Both the position numbers and the translations under genes were made by a program. The notes below the pieces were generated by a model. The model did not search any database and was not told the DNA's origin. It was given only the letters and a program-made list of their open reading frames with translations. DNA of 64,000 nt from Anolis carolinensis (taxonomy: Eukaryota): NCBI RefSeq assembly GCF_035594765.1, contig NC_085845.1, positions 48,292,024 through 48,356,023 on the forward strand, read 5' to 3'. Below, piece by piece: positions 28,740 through 42,684 of the stretch (position 1 is the first letter of the stretch; every line of letters begins with the position of its first letter).

Positions 28740-29460
28740 AGGTGACTCACTACATCGGTAAGATGCCTGCTACCACCATAGAATATTCTCTCCTAAAGAG
28801 GACCTCTCTGGACCCAGAATTATGTGATAGGTACCATCCTGTCATATGCACCATCACCCACCCCCACTCACCATCCTGCCCCCATTTTCCCAAACCTGCT
28901 CACCTGCCCCCCTGCTCACCCTCGCTCACTCCCCACTCGCTGACTCTCCCGTCCCTTCACTCACCCTCCCCCAGATCACCCCCTGGTTGCCCTCCCGGTT
29001 GCCTGCACTCTTGCTCACTCCCCCCTTGCTCACTTGATTCCCTGCCAACTCACCATTCTGCCCCATTCACTTGCTTGCTAATTTGCTTGCCCTGCCCACT
29101 CACACACACATACACACACAACTGCTCACCCTCCTGCTTTCTCCCACAAGTGCCCAACCCTCCTCCCTCCCAATTTAGGCACTTTGTCTCTAAAAGGTTC
29201 ACCTTCACTGATCTAGGAGAACACTCAACCCCATCCTTGTCACTGGAAACCCAGATAAGCTTGAACAGTTCTGGCAGCTACAATTTTTTCTGAACAGAAA
29301 TTACTTAGCTGCAGTAGTCCATGCACTGGTAACTTCCTATTTAGACTACTGCAATGCACTCTTGGTCAGGCTGACCTTGAAGATGACTCAGAAACTGCAG
29401 GTAGTGTAAAATGCAGCAGACTGCTTACTGGAATTCCATTCAGATGTCATGTAATGCTTA
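28740..29460 (+). mobile_element. Old degenerate L2-type fragments interrupted by a C-rich low-complexity tract
   Basis: KRTSLDP...YHPV near 28800 and VVHALVTSYLDYCNAL near 29310-29360 flank a CCT/CAC-rich tract (~28850-29170). Confidence 0.55.
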
Positions 29461-30519
29461 CTCTAGCACTAACTCCCAAGTCTGAAGGCACACAATGAGC
29501 TACTGGGCTGATGATACAACTGGACTTAAACCCAAAAAGACATTGAACTGTTGATGTGCTTAGAACTAAAAGGGAATCCAAAATCTACACAACACATAGG
29601 GAATGAGAAAAACAGGGGACCTAGACATAGTAAAAACAAAAATTGGAACATATAAACTTTGCAATACATGAAGTGAATGAGCAAAGATGGACAGAAATTG
29701 GACATTTTATTCAGATAATTTACGCAGAAAATGAACATGGATATGAAAAGAAACAAGGTAGAAAATGAATTGTGAGGAGAGATGTTGCAAAGGTAATTAA
29801 AGAATATATAGCTTTGGTTCTCCAAGTCATTCTGTAAAAGAGGAGGATAGGAGACAAACTGAGTGGTGTGTGTGTGTTTATGTATGTTTTCAAAAATTCA
29901 TGATATAAGTAAACAGTGTAATTGTCTCTGATATTTAATCAAAAAATAAGTTAATATCTATAGATGTTTTCTCAGAAGTAAGTCTAATTATATAAACTTG
30001 GGTAAGTGTATATAAGATTGTACATGGGCAATGCAATTCTAATACAAAGAAGTGTCAGCAATGGTGTTTTGAAATTTGACGCATGTCTTTTTTCCAAGTA
30101 ACCCCCGCCTTCTGCTAGCAGAAATGCTTTTCTGTTGGCAGAACCATCTTCTCCAAGCTGATCTTAAAGAGTGATTTGCCAACAGAGTGATTTGCCAACA
30201 GAACTGTTCTGCTACGATCCAAAGCCAGGAAGCAGAGAAAATTCAAATTATGTCAGTTCCAAACCTATTCCAGCCCAGGGACACAACAACCCAAAATGAG
30301 GCTAGGGTGAGTATATCATGCAGTAATTTCCAATAAACATAGGATGGAACGTAGCTTCAACTGGTCCAGTGTTAATTCAGTTGATTTTTTGCCATTTGGG
30401 GCAATCAGGAGTGGTCTCCAAGGCTACAGTGCTAGATTGAAGTTATATTTATAATTAAGAAACTCAGGTGTTGCATTTAGAACTCAGTGCTTGCTGTCTT
30501 CATATGTGGAGCAATGAAA

Positions 30520-30524
<5 letters not shown>

Positions 30525-30576
<52 letters not shown>
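30525..30576. repeat. (CT)n microsatellite
   Basis: Direct reading. Confidence 0.95.
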
Positions 30577-30580
<4 letters not shown>

Positions 30581-31509
30581 TTCCAAGGTTTTTCACTGTT
30601 CTGCTGTGACTCTGAGGTTTTTATCCAATTTTGTTTCAGTTTTTATCAAACAAGCAAAAGATTATATGTTCATTCTATCTTGGCATAGTTAATAAGTTTA
30701 GCATAGTTAATGAGGTTCCCGGTATGAAAGCTGATAAGCTTATTGTAATTAGGCAAGTGGGCATTCATACACATTTGTATGTACAGTGTGATATCATGAA
30801 ATGTTAAGGCCATATGCAATTGCAGTTAAGCACAAAATAATCTATTCTTAAGCAATGTGGTATGTTTACAGGAAATTCATTTAACAGCTGTAAATAAATG
30901 CTATAACAAACTGGATGGCTGTTTTCTTCTATTGGTGCTAAAGTATATTTTATAGAAGTGACAATTGATTTTACATAAACATTGACAAATTAAAATTGAT
31001 TCAAAGGGTCTATTTTAACTGGTATTGATATTTCAATTTATCTCTTGATCTTCAGTTTACAGAGTGGAACTGACCACTATTATTTTAATATGCAAGAGTA
31101 GGACTCTCCAGAAACACTGTCTTGCCAGTTCCCAGCTGGAAGGAATGAGAGCCAGCTCTTGCTAACCTCAGTCAAAGCATCTGCAGGGGGAGGAACCAAG
31201 AGGCCAATGAAAGACACTAATAAGCTCTAAAAAGGATGACCTGCAAGGCTTTGTTTTTGTACTTGAGATGCAAGTCAATGAAGGATTGTCAATCTGGACT
31301 GTCTTCCAGATTTGTGAAGGTATACTCAAGAGAGCTGCAAGTGGAGGCATATTTAAAAGGAGCTGATTGGCAAGTAAACAGAGAAAGCCAAGCATTCTGC
31401 TAAGGGATGACTTGAAGTGGTTGCTGTGAAGCACACTTTTATTTGTATTTTGTTTATTTCTTAGGGCTCTAACACTATCAAGCCTATTCCGTGCTGGGCT
31501 CCTCATCCT

Positions 31510-32497
31510 GCAATTACTGCACTTGACGGGGTTGCACTCCCCCTGAAGGCGCAGGTCCGCAGCTTGGGGGTCCTCCTGGACTCGGCGCTGACACTTGAAG
31601 CTCAGGTGTCGTGGCTGGGAGGGCCTTTGCACAATTAAAACTTGTGCGCCAGCTGCGACCATACCTCGAGAAGTCAGATCTGGCCATGGTGGTCCATGCC
31701 TTAGTCACCTCTAGATTGGATTACTGCAATGCACTCTACGTGGGGCTGCCTTTGAAGATGGCCCGGAAATTACAACTAGTTCAACGCTCGGCAGCCAGGT
31801 TTCTAACTGGAGCAAATTACAGGGCGCGTTCAACACCACTGTTTAAGGAGTTCCACTGGCTGCCATTTATTTTCCGGGCCCAATTCAAGGTGCAGGTTAT
31901 CACCTACAAAGCCCTAAACGGTTTGGGACCCACCTACCTTCGAGACCGCATTTTCCCCTATGAACCTGCACAACCTCTTCGCTTGTCGGGGAGGCCCTCC
32001 TCTCACTCCCACCACCTTCTCAATCTCGGCTGGTGGGGATGAGAGAGAGGGCCTTCTCCATCGTGGCCCCCCGGCTCTGGAACTCGCTCCCCGGGGAGAT
32101 TAGGCAGGCCCCTACCCTCCTCTCCTTTCGGACGAGCCTGAAGACTTGGCTCTTCCGGGAGGCTTTTGTTGACTGATCTCTGTATCATTGACTGGCTGTC
32201 CATTTCAGTAAACGCCTTCCCCAGTATTATAATAGCACTTTATAGCCATTACAGCTGAATAACCTCCTTCCCTGATGATATGATTTATTTGCACTCTTAG
32301 CACTTTGGCCTAGATTCTTTGAACTTTATCCATGATTTTAACATTTTATCTTGTATGTGGTTTTTATGACTTGTTTTTATGGTTTGATTATTGGTTTCAT
32401 TGGTTTCTTGTCTTGTTTTTATTGTTCTATTCGGGCTTGGCCCCATGTAAGCCGCCCCGAGTCCCTTCGGGGAGATGGGGCGGGGTATAAGAATAAA

Positions 32498-32549
<52 letters not shown>
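31510..32549 (+). mobile_element. 5'-truncated L2/CR1-type LINE
   Basis: AFAQLKLVRQLRPYL...VHALVTSRLDYCNALY matches the 38-40 kb copy. Frameshifted, with a (TTA)n tail. Confidence 0.9.
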
Positions 32550-32551
<2 letters not shown>

Positions 32552-32795
32552 ATATACTGTACCACAAAAGTTCATCCTAAAGCTATTTCTCATTAGTCGG
32601 ATTGTCTAAATTTAAACACTCTTCTCCCTACATCATTAGCTCTGAATGAGCATGCAAACTGGGGGTGGTGGAAGCTGTTGTACTGCTACAATGCCTCCCT
32701 GAATCATGGCATATTCTCAAAACACAACATCACAAGATACAAGAGATAATGTTTGGGCAGTCATGGAAGAGGTGAGAGAGATCCTGTCTGCCTCA

Positions 32796-32945
32796 GGGTC
32801 CTTCCACACAGCCATATAACTCATAAAATCAAGGCAGAAAATCCCACATTAACTACTTTGAACTAGGTTACCTAAGTTCACACTGCCATATATTCCAGTT
32901 CAAAGCAGAAAATGTGGGATTTTATTCCGCTGTGTGGAAGGGGCC
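32796..32945. mobile_element. PIF/Harbinger-like MITE
   Basis: Same TIR family, TSD TCA. Confidence 0.75.
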
Positions 32946-35405
32946 TCACTGTCCCTAGGCAAGACTAGTTATGGGCTAAACAAGGAAGTCCAAACATCCA
33001 AGTTCCAATGAGCTTCAAAAGATGCAGAATACTATCTGCATTATGAGTAGAATAGGACACACTATGTCATAAAAACCATACTTCAGTCCCTTTTCTCGTG
33101 TTAAATTAAGAATTTGGAATAATATAAATTTGAAAACTGGGATGGAATTTGTTACGTGCAAGGTTTAGGCTAATGAGACAATTCATACTCTGAATTACTA
33201 GCCTGAGAAAAAGTCACAGTCAGAACCACTCACAGAACTAAGGATGAGATTTGATTCACAATGGCAGCATTACGTAATACATGCTAGCATCTAGATTTGG
33301 CCCTGCAGCTCTTAAGTGCCTCAAAGCCTCCTCCAATTGTTATAAATGCTCACCAAGGCCATTAAGGAGGAGAAGAATCCACCAGCAATAATTATTATAG
33401 AATCATAGAACTGGAAGAAGCCACAAAGGTAAACACATGTCAGCTGATACTTATATCATTTTGATCTTTAAGAATGAATAATAATGAATTAGATAGGTAT
33501 CATGGCTTTGGATCATCCCTGATATGGATTTTAAACTTCAAAATATATAACAAAACCTCTTTATTTTGTGCACATTGGACTTCATATTTATTTAGCAATG
33601 CTTGGGAATGTCTGCTAACCATTGACACTCTAATTCCCCTCATATCTTTTACATCCTTTGAGGGAACATTGTCACTCAATTTTGTTTTACAGTTATTTTT
33701 GAATTTTGAAAACTTTCATCTACATTTTAATTATTTGCCCACATCTTGAAAATTAATGTTTCATCAATGGAAATGAATTATCTCTGCCCTTTCAGTGAAG
33801 GAAAGACATATGCTGGATGGACATATGCTCATCTTCTATTATTCCATAGAGGGAAAGCCTCATAACTATTTTAACATTTGACTGTATGACATGCAGACAT
33901 CACATTTTCTAGAATACATATTTAAATATCTTCAGAAGTGTATGGATGGATGGGTCGTGTATGGATGGATGGGTCTTGTTAACATGCTTTTGGGTTATTG
34001 TCTGCCTATTCTGTTTAATTAGTTTCCACTTTTTATATTTTCTTTTTCTCATTTTCAAATATTATTTTTGCATAATATGAAATGAATGAGGGGAAGTGGC
34101 TATGATCCTACGCTCATCTATGCAGACATAGGGATCATTGAAGTCAATAAGACATACTTCTGATGAGATGTATGCATTCGCAGTGCTATGAGTAACAAAA
34201 TTAACAATATCCCAGCAAGAACAATCAGTTCCGGTGACATTATTGACTTGTTTGCAGTAAAAATAGCAAAGCCATGCATCACTAGTTCGAACAATGGAAT
34301 GCTGAGTATTTAAAGTCTGCATTACTTTTGTTATTATTATCAGCCTCTGACAGTGCTCTCTTTGTTTGTTTTAAGAAGTGTTCTCAATTATTAATGCCAT
34401 TGCACTAGTCTGTAGCAACTTAGTATATTCATAGTCTGACCAAAAAAAAACCTTTACAAGAAAGGTTCTTGCTCAAATACAAGTAATCTACAGGTAACAT
34501 CTTATTCAAGCACCAAATCTGCAAATTTATTTTGCATTCTACTTCTGCCCAATTTTATATTGCCTTATTTGAAAATTCAAAGACCAAAATGCCTGGCATA
34601 AATTATTAGTTTCTTGGCAGAACTTATCTGGTTTCTTGAAGCAAGAGCTGGCTGCAACAGAGCCTCTGTTGTTTGCCACAAGTCAGGTTTACTTTGGTTC
34701 CCATTTTATTTCAGGAAAAACCCCCACAAACATATGTTTCACAGTTTGATGGCTTTCACAATTCCTGTCCTAATAACTTTTATATATTTGATGTTATTAT
34801 TAAGTCTACAATAAATCCTAAAATAATTACCTCTGCCAAGATCACCTGGATTATTACACAGCACAACATGATAACTATATCTTGTTCTGAAAATGAGGGA
34901 AATATATTAAAAATAAGTTAGTGTTATACTAGTCTGGACACAGATCTTTCAAATTTAGTTATAGCTTTCTTTTCGTATTTGCAGTGTCAAGGTTCAGAAA
35001 GGAAGAACTACCATTGCTTTCTATGCAAGAGAAACTATTTTTCCCAGTTGATGACAGATACTCAATGCTTTTAGCTTTTTGCTTTTTCATGGATAGTGTC
35101 ATATAATATTCAAAAAAGTGATTTCACATTCTCCTTCACCAGTTCCTTTCCTTCATCAATAGATATTGTTGGTTTCCATATTACAATCCCATATATTTTA
35201 TAGGATATGTCATGCTCATGTCAGAATAATTTTTTTCTGGCATTTTTTTTTCAAAAGGCTTTTTGAAAAATATACGTAGAAGTTTGAAAAAAGGTCTCTT
35301 GCAATCAGTGATGCCAGTGGAAAAAGGGGTAAATGGTCTAGCCCGGAACCCATCTACACTGCAATTATAATGCAGATTGAATTGCATTACATGGTCAGTG
35401 TAGAC

Positions 35406-35513
35406 CAGGCACGGGCAAACCTGGGCCCTCCAGGTGTTTTGGACTGATAGGCTGTTAGGAATTGTGGGAGTTGCAGTCCAAAACATCTGAGGACCCAAGT
35501 TTGCCCATGCCTG
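35406..35513. mobile_element. hAT MITE nested in another palindromic MITE (~35345-35588)
   Basis: TIR CAGGCA(C/T)GGGCAAAC, TSD GTGTAGAC/GTATAGAC. Confidence 0.75.
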
Positions 35514-36134
35514 GTATAGACTCATATAATGCAGTTTGACTGCATTGAATTGGATTACATGACCATCATGCAATGTAGATGGGGCCCCAGACATTACTAA
35601 AGCTATATGTGACCCTTTCTTCAGAGTTTGGAAATTGTTTCCTCTGACTACAACACCACAAATCCCCAGGTCAACACGCAGCCCTTTCAAATAACATAAT
35701 GGAACAACATCTATGGCAATTAACATCAGAGATCATTTTAATATGGAAGAGAACATGGCTCCAGGTTTCCCCCCTATATAAATTAGCAAAACCACTGAGA
35801 GTTTTCTCTATAACAAATCAAAAGGAGCCACTCAAGTGATGTACTTAGGTCCTGTCACCATTTCTAATATGCCTTTTAAGGTACTGATAGTCCCTGACAA
35901 ATATGGTTTAAGATAATACCACTCAGGAAAATAACAACACTCTGTGGTTTGGGGAATGGATGGGTGTCTTACATTTTTGAAAGCTGTATGCAGAAAAGAA
36001 AAGAGGATAACTGCTCGTATTACATTTCCATGCAGCATAGATATGATTGTCAGTGAAGGAGACTCTGCTTCTTCAGACATATGAAACCTCATGCAATCAA
36101 GTCTTCTTGACTGATATAAAAGCCTTTTGAGGTG

Positions 36135-37727
36135 TTGTGTGGTTTATGGGTTATATGGCCATGTTATAGCAGCATTTTTGTCTGCTGTTTCACCTGCATC
36201 TGTGGCTGGCATCTTCAGAGGATCTGATGGTAGTCAAACAAGTGGAGTATATATATCAGGGTGGGGAAAAAGAACCATTGTCTGTTAAACAAATGTATAG
36301 GGTGCAATTATCAAGCTAGATTTTTATGTGTTGAGTGGGATACACCTATTAGCATGTGAGTAATCCTGAAGATAGCATAGTCAATTGGTGAGGGCATCTG
36401 CATAGAAGTAGCCTGGCCTTTGTTCCCTCTGAATGTTTTGCTGCCTAGATACATTCTTTGTCTGGGTGCTGTTCACAAGCCCTTGATCGCTTACTGCCTG
36501 GAGACCTCCTGTGTCTGGGTGGTGTTCATTAGTCACTGTCTTGATTCTACTGTTTTCAATACTGGTAGCCAAATTTTGTTCATGTTCATGGTTTCTTCCT
36601 TTCTGTAGAAATTGTCCATGTGATTTCAATGGCTTCTCTGTGTAGTCTGATATAGTGGTTGTCACAGTGATCCAGAATTTCTGTGTTCTCAAATAATATT
36701 CTGAGCCCAGCTTGGTTTATCATGTGTTCTGCTATTGTTGATTTTTCTGGCTGGAGTAGTCTGCAGTGTCTTTTGTGTTCTTTGATTCATGACTGGGTAC
36801 TGCGTTTGGTGGTCCCAATGTAGACTTGTCCATAGTTACATGATATGTGGTAGACTCCTGCAGTGATTAGAGGCTCCCTCTTATCCTTTGCTGAACGTAT
36901 ATTTTGTTGAATTTTCTTAGTAGGTCTGTAGATTGTTTGAAGAATATGTTTCTTCATCAGTTTTCCTATATGATCAGTTATTCCCATGGTAAGAACACCT
37001 TCTAGGTGGTTCTTTATCTTATTCCTGTGGGTTGCTCTTGGTCTTATGAAGTCTGTAGTAGAATAACCATTACCCTATATAGCACAGTTAAGGTGATTCA
37101 GTTCATTTTGAAGGAGGAAGGGTTCACAGATTCTGTTTGCACACTCTACCTATTCTTTAATTGCGCTCCTTTTCTGTCCTGGATGATTATTGAAGTTTTT
37201 CTGCAGATATCTATCAGTGTGCATACTTTTTCTGTATTCTGTGTGTCCCAATTATTAGTTTGGTTTGTGGATGACTAAGACATCTAGAAATTGTAATTTA
37301 ATTTTCCTTCCTTTTCCATTTCCATAGTGAATTGGATGTTTGGGTGGATATTGTTGATATGGTCCCGAAACTTATTTAGTTCTTCTTCTCCATTGCTCCA
37401 AATGGTGAACGTATCATCCACATAATGGAACCATATAGTGGGCTTTTTGGTGCTGTTTTTAGGGCTTGTTTCTCAAAGTGTTCCTTATAAAAGTTTGCTA
37501 TTATTGGGCAAAGAGAGCTCCCCATGGTTACCTCATCTTTCTGATCATAGAAATCATTATCCCACTGGAAGTAGCTTGTAGTGAGGCAATGGAAGACATT
37601 CCACAGGTATATATACGCCACTTGCTTTACTACCATCAGATCCTATGAAGATGCCTGCCACAGATGCAGATGAAAAGTCAGGAGAAAATGCTGCTAGAAC
37701 ATGACCATACAGTCCAGAAACCACACA
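36135..37727 (-). mobile_element. Degenerate Penelope-like element with inverted terminal (pLTR) repeats
   Basis: RT remnant MGSSLCPIIANFY.EHFEKQAL and GIY-YIG remnant GVYHISCNYGQVYIGTTKRS. ~36135-36256 is an inverted repeat of ~37608-37727. Confidence 0.85.
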
Positions 37728-38386
37728 TGAGTGAAGAGTGTCTTGATTGTCTTCTGTTTCTGATTATAGCTGTTAGCTTACAAGAACAGCTCCAAGTACC
37801 TTCTGATTCAGGCACATTCCGATGTGTATAATAACTATTACTTGATTCCTCAGTATTCAAGCATAGTCTTTTCATTCAATTCAAGTTTAAATTAAGCATA
37901 GACGGGAGAATTGTTTCTGTTGCCCCATATTCATGTTCAGAAAAAATGGCTGTGCAGCACATCAAAGAATAATCGAGCATGTTTTAATAGGGATTTAGTC
38001 TTATTGGATTTTCTTATGAATACAATACTTGATATAGTGGTTTAAACATTGGACCATGACTAGATACCACTCAGAAATCCCCCCTCACCAATGAAATCCA
38101 CTAATTGACCTTGGGTAATTCTCTTTTAGCCTCAGAGTAGAGAAAGGCAAATCCAACTCCTTGCCAAGAAAACCCTATAATATGATGGGTTTAGAGTCGA
38201 CATGTTGAAATCAACATGAAGGTACAGAACAGCAACAAATACATGACTCATAGTTCAGTAAATGAACACCTCAAAAGCTTTGCTTCAAATGTGATAAGAT
38301 TATTCTGTCTGCAGATTTTGGTACCGGATTGTAGTATGATTATCAACCTCTCCATCTACAAGTAAATATGACTTCATCTGTACATA

Positions 38387-40022
38387 TTTATTTATTTATT
38401 TATTTATTACAATATTTATATCCCGCCCTTCCCACCCAACAGGGGACTCAGGGTGGCTTACAATAAAACAGACATATAAAAACAGTACAATACACTATAA
38501 ATCAGATAAAAAATTAACTTACATATAACATTCATAAAATGCATTTATAAAATATAGATAGGCGTGTACAAGTTTAAAAGACTGGTTCTGTCAATTGAGT
38601 TCCAGTATACATAATAGTAATTAATGCTGCTGATTCTTATTCGAAAGCCTGGCCCCACAACCAAGTTTTTACCTTCCTACGGAAGGATAGGAGGGAGGGA
38701 GCCTGCCTGACTTCAATGGGGAGGGCATTCCATAGGCGGGGAGCCACTACTGAAAAGGCCCTGTCTCTCGTCCCCGCCAGCCGCACCTGTGAGGCTGACG
38801 GGACCGCGAGCAGGGCCTCATCCGACGATCTTAAGCTTCGAGGTGGGTCATAGCGGGAGACATGTTCAGACAGATAAGCTGGGCCGGAACCGTTTAGAGC
38901 TTTATAGGCTAAAGCCAGCACCTTGAATTGTGCTCGGTAGCTAATCGGCAGCCAGTGGAGCTGACGTAACAGAGGAGTGGTACGCTCCCTGTACGCCGCT
39001 CCAGTTATTAACCTGGCAGCCTCCCGTTGGACTAACTGAAGCTTCCGAACAGTCTTCAAAGGCAGCCCCACGTAGAGTGCATTGCAGTAGTCTAAACGGG
39101 ATGTAACAAGGGCGTGGACCACCGTGGCCAAGTCTGGCTTCCCAAGGTACGGTCGCAGCTGGCGCACAAGTTTTAATTGTGCGAAGGCTCCCCTAGCCAC
39201 CGCTGAGACCTGGGGCTCCAGGCTCAACGATGAGTCTAGGATCACCCCCAGACTGCGCACCTGCGCCTTCAGGGGGAGTGTGACCCCATCCAGCACAGGC
39301 TGTAACCCTATTCCCTGTTCAGCCTTCCGACTGACCAGGAGGACCTCTGTCTTGTCTGGATTCAATTTCAATTTGTTGGCCCTCATCCAGTCCGACACAG
39401 CGGCCAAGCACCGGTTCAGGACCTGAACAGCCTCCTTAGTGACAGGTGGGAAGGAGTGACAGAGCTGGACATCATCTGCGTACAGATGACACCGGACCCC
39501 GAAACTCCTGATGATCTCTCCCAGCGGCTTCATGTAGATGTTAAACAACATGGGAGACAATACAGAACCCTGCGGGACCCCACAAGTCAACGGTTGTGGG
39601 GCCGAGCAGGCGTCCCCCAATGACACCATCTGGGACCGACCCTCCAGGAATGAGTGAAGCCACTGCAGGACAGTACCTCCAAGTCCCATTCCTGCGAGGC
39701 GTCCCAGAAGGATACCGTGATCGATGGTATCGAAGGCCGCTGAGAGGTCCAGCAGAACCAGCAGGGACACACTCCCCCTGTCCAGTTCCCGGCGAAGATC
39801 ATCGACTAAGGCGACCAAGGCTGTCTCGGTACCATGCCCCGGCCTGAAGCCAGACTGTGCCGGATCCAGAAAATCAGTGTCCACCAAGAATCCCTGGAGC
39901 TGCGAGGCAACCACATGTTCCAAGACCTTGCCCAAATAGGGGAGATTGGAAATAGGCCGAAAGTTTCCGAATTGAGTGGGATCCAATGATGGCTTTTTCA
40001 ACAGCGGCTTGATCACAGCCAT
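38387..40022 (-). mobile_element. 5'-truncated L2/CR1-type LINE with an uninterrupted RT reading frame
   Basis: ORF 40022-38637 with KKPSLDP..NFRPISNL, LDLSAAFDTIDH, GVPQGSVLSP, YADD and RDRAFSVVAPRLWN, followed by a 3' UTR and (TAAA)n tail. Confidence 0.92.
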
Positions 40023-42684
40023 TAGAATAGAACCTTCCTTAAAACTCACCAGGCTGACATTCCAGATCTTTACGTAAATAAACAATCATATATCAGCCAA
40101 AAACTAGTAATATTTTAGGAAATACCAAAATTCAACACTCACATTTAGATACCCTACCAGCTCATTCTAATCTTCTAGAGTAGATAGTTTTTTCTAGAAG
40201 ATTAGAATGAGCTGGTAGAGTTTAGAACTACTTTTGCTCTGTGACATCACAGAAGTAATATGAGACTCTTCCTTTAATACCAATGGAATGTGAGATCATA
40301 GAATCAATGGCAGAAGAACAGAGACATTTTCTAGAAAGGCATTTCTTGCCATGAGCTGGTCATTAAAATAGAATTACATTTATTCTTGACTGGTTTCTAA
40401 ATTGCTTTAACTTTGTAAAATTGGACCTAAATGAGAAGTCATGTTTTGCTAATTGAATCCATTGTTCTATTGTGTGAAGATAGGCTGTATCTAAAGGTTA
40501 GATTCTAAGCACATGGTTCAGATACTTTATTTTGGTATACCACAGCAGAGACAAAAAGAGGCTGGATTGGTCCTGATGCTAGATCAGCAAGGGATTTGCA
40601 GTAGAACAGCAGGGATTTCTGTTTCTCAAATATTTAACAATAGTAGCAAAATTATTCATCCCTTATTATACTGCTGGAATGGAGAAATGCTGTGGTAACT
40701 AGGAGTAGCATGTATACTCATGTATAAGTCGACTCCATCCCAAAAAGCAGGTTTGGGATCCAAAGTTGTAAATTATGATGCTAGGGTCATTTCATGAAGA
40801 GGGAAAACATCGATGCAGCATAAGGAGACAAGCCACCTCTGATTGCCACTGCCATTTCTGTGTTCAGATATTCAAAAGGGGCAGAAGTGGCACAATAACA
40901 TAGAGAAGAGGGGATTGGTGCTTCTTTTAGGTTCTCCCGGGACAGACTAAAGTCTTGCCTTTCACCATTCTATGCAGAGATGTGGATTCGTCCTTTTCAA
41001 TAAATTATAGTAGTCACATTGACCTGTGGATAAGTTGTTTCAGGTTTTATGACTAAAACATCCAGACTTGCATTAAAAAATTAAGTTTTCTTCTATTGTG
41101 GCATTCTACCTATTTAGTTTGTTGGAAAGTCTTCTAAAGTGCTATTAAAGATGACTCACTCCCTGAATTCTGGATTTGTTTAAAATAAATATCTGGGTTT
41201 AAAACATGAAAATAAAAGAAAGATGTAGGTGTTTCTTTTCACAGCTACCATAACTGTGATTAGGTGATTTCAGAAGGTAAATGGAATTAATGCCTATCCT
41301 TGAGCTCACTTCATTATTTTATCTCAACCAGAGAATTAACTCTCCAAACTCTTCTTCAAATGAGACTCAAGTGTTTTGAATCTGGTGTGGACGAAACAGA
41401 CATGTTAAAGATCAGTACAATATGATTTATTTTATGGGCAACTGAGTAAAGATAGTGAGATTCATTAACTCACTCAGGAGATCTTGGAGGGCCATATTCC
41501 CTGTCACATCTGGTCCCACAAAAAAACCTAAGAATATTAGAAGTAGAAGCTTTGTGGTTGGTATTTTGTTAAAGATACAACAATATTATCTGCATACAAG
41601 AAGGATGGTCGACAAATTGTAAGAGAATTCCACTTTACTCTGAAGTGGCAGCAACTCCTAAGATTTCACCAAGAAATTGTCTTTTGTACTCCAATGTTGA
41701 TATTCTTTTAACTGAAAGCAGGGATTGGGCTGTTTCATTAATGCAAAACCTATGAGCTGAACTGGATCATTATTAAATTCGATGCCAGTGTTACTGTCAG
41801 TGAACCAATACCATATGTAAAGCCACTATTATTTCCCACCCATACTTGAAAGTTTCAAGGGAAAGCTAAATAGTATGATATAGTGTTTTCAAATGAATCC
41901 AACAAAGGTGGCCAAGAGCTTTGTAAATTATAGCAATCATTTTATAACTCATTCATTTGCTGGTTATAATTCATTACAATAAATTGTTACACATTGAATA
42001 CTGTTCTTCAATATCCTAAAGGAGAAAATATTTCAACCATGTGTAGCTTCCTCTTATTTCTTTAGGATCTCGACAAAGCAAATAAGCAAAAATATTAATC
42101 AGGCACACAGTTCTCTTTAATGATTGTATTGATGAAAAGCAGAGCAGATGGAGTGACCTTCCCAATTTTATAGTGTGTGCCAGTTACAGAGCAGGGATTA
42201 GAAAAACTGACTGATTAAAATTTTGCTCACTAGAATAAAACACTTAAAATGAATCATCTCAGTTTCCAGAGTGTCCCCAGGTTTTTGCAGGCATAATAAA
42301 TTACAATCGCATAACAGCAAACAATTATTTTTAAAATGAGAACTTCAAACATTACTCTGCATTTGAAAATACCATGGCTTGCATCCACAGATAAAATTAC
42401 TTCCATTAGCAACATTTTGAGGGGGCAGTCTCTCTTCTTTCAATGCAGATCCCAATATTCCCCACAGTCCTTTACAGGAGGGCCAGGCACATACTGGGTG
42501 GGGTGGGTCAGGGAGGAGCAGGAAAGGGCAGGGCAGGGCCTGTGTCATCCTCAGGTTGTTTTCCCGGCATAAGGATGGGACTGTTCATCTCATGCTGGGA
42601 GAAAGGCAAGACACACAGAGACTGCCCCGATCCTCCCACCCGATTCTTCTCCCCCAATCCTCAGGTCATCCTCTTGGTATTATG

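Noticed and set aside
28742-29293. 183-aa Pro/His/Ser-rich ORF
   Set aside because: Translation of a C-rich low-complexity tract within a decayed L2 fragment.
34100-34250. CTGATGA plus short inverted repeats (AAGTCAATAA/TTATTGACTT) suggesting a hammerhead or snoRNA
   Set aside because: No correctly placed GAAA/NUH or box D with a terminal stem; compatible with chance in AT-rich DNA.
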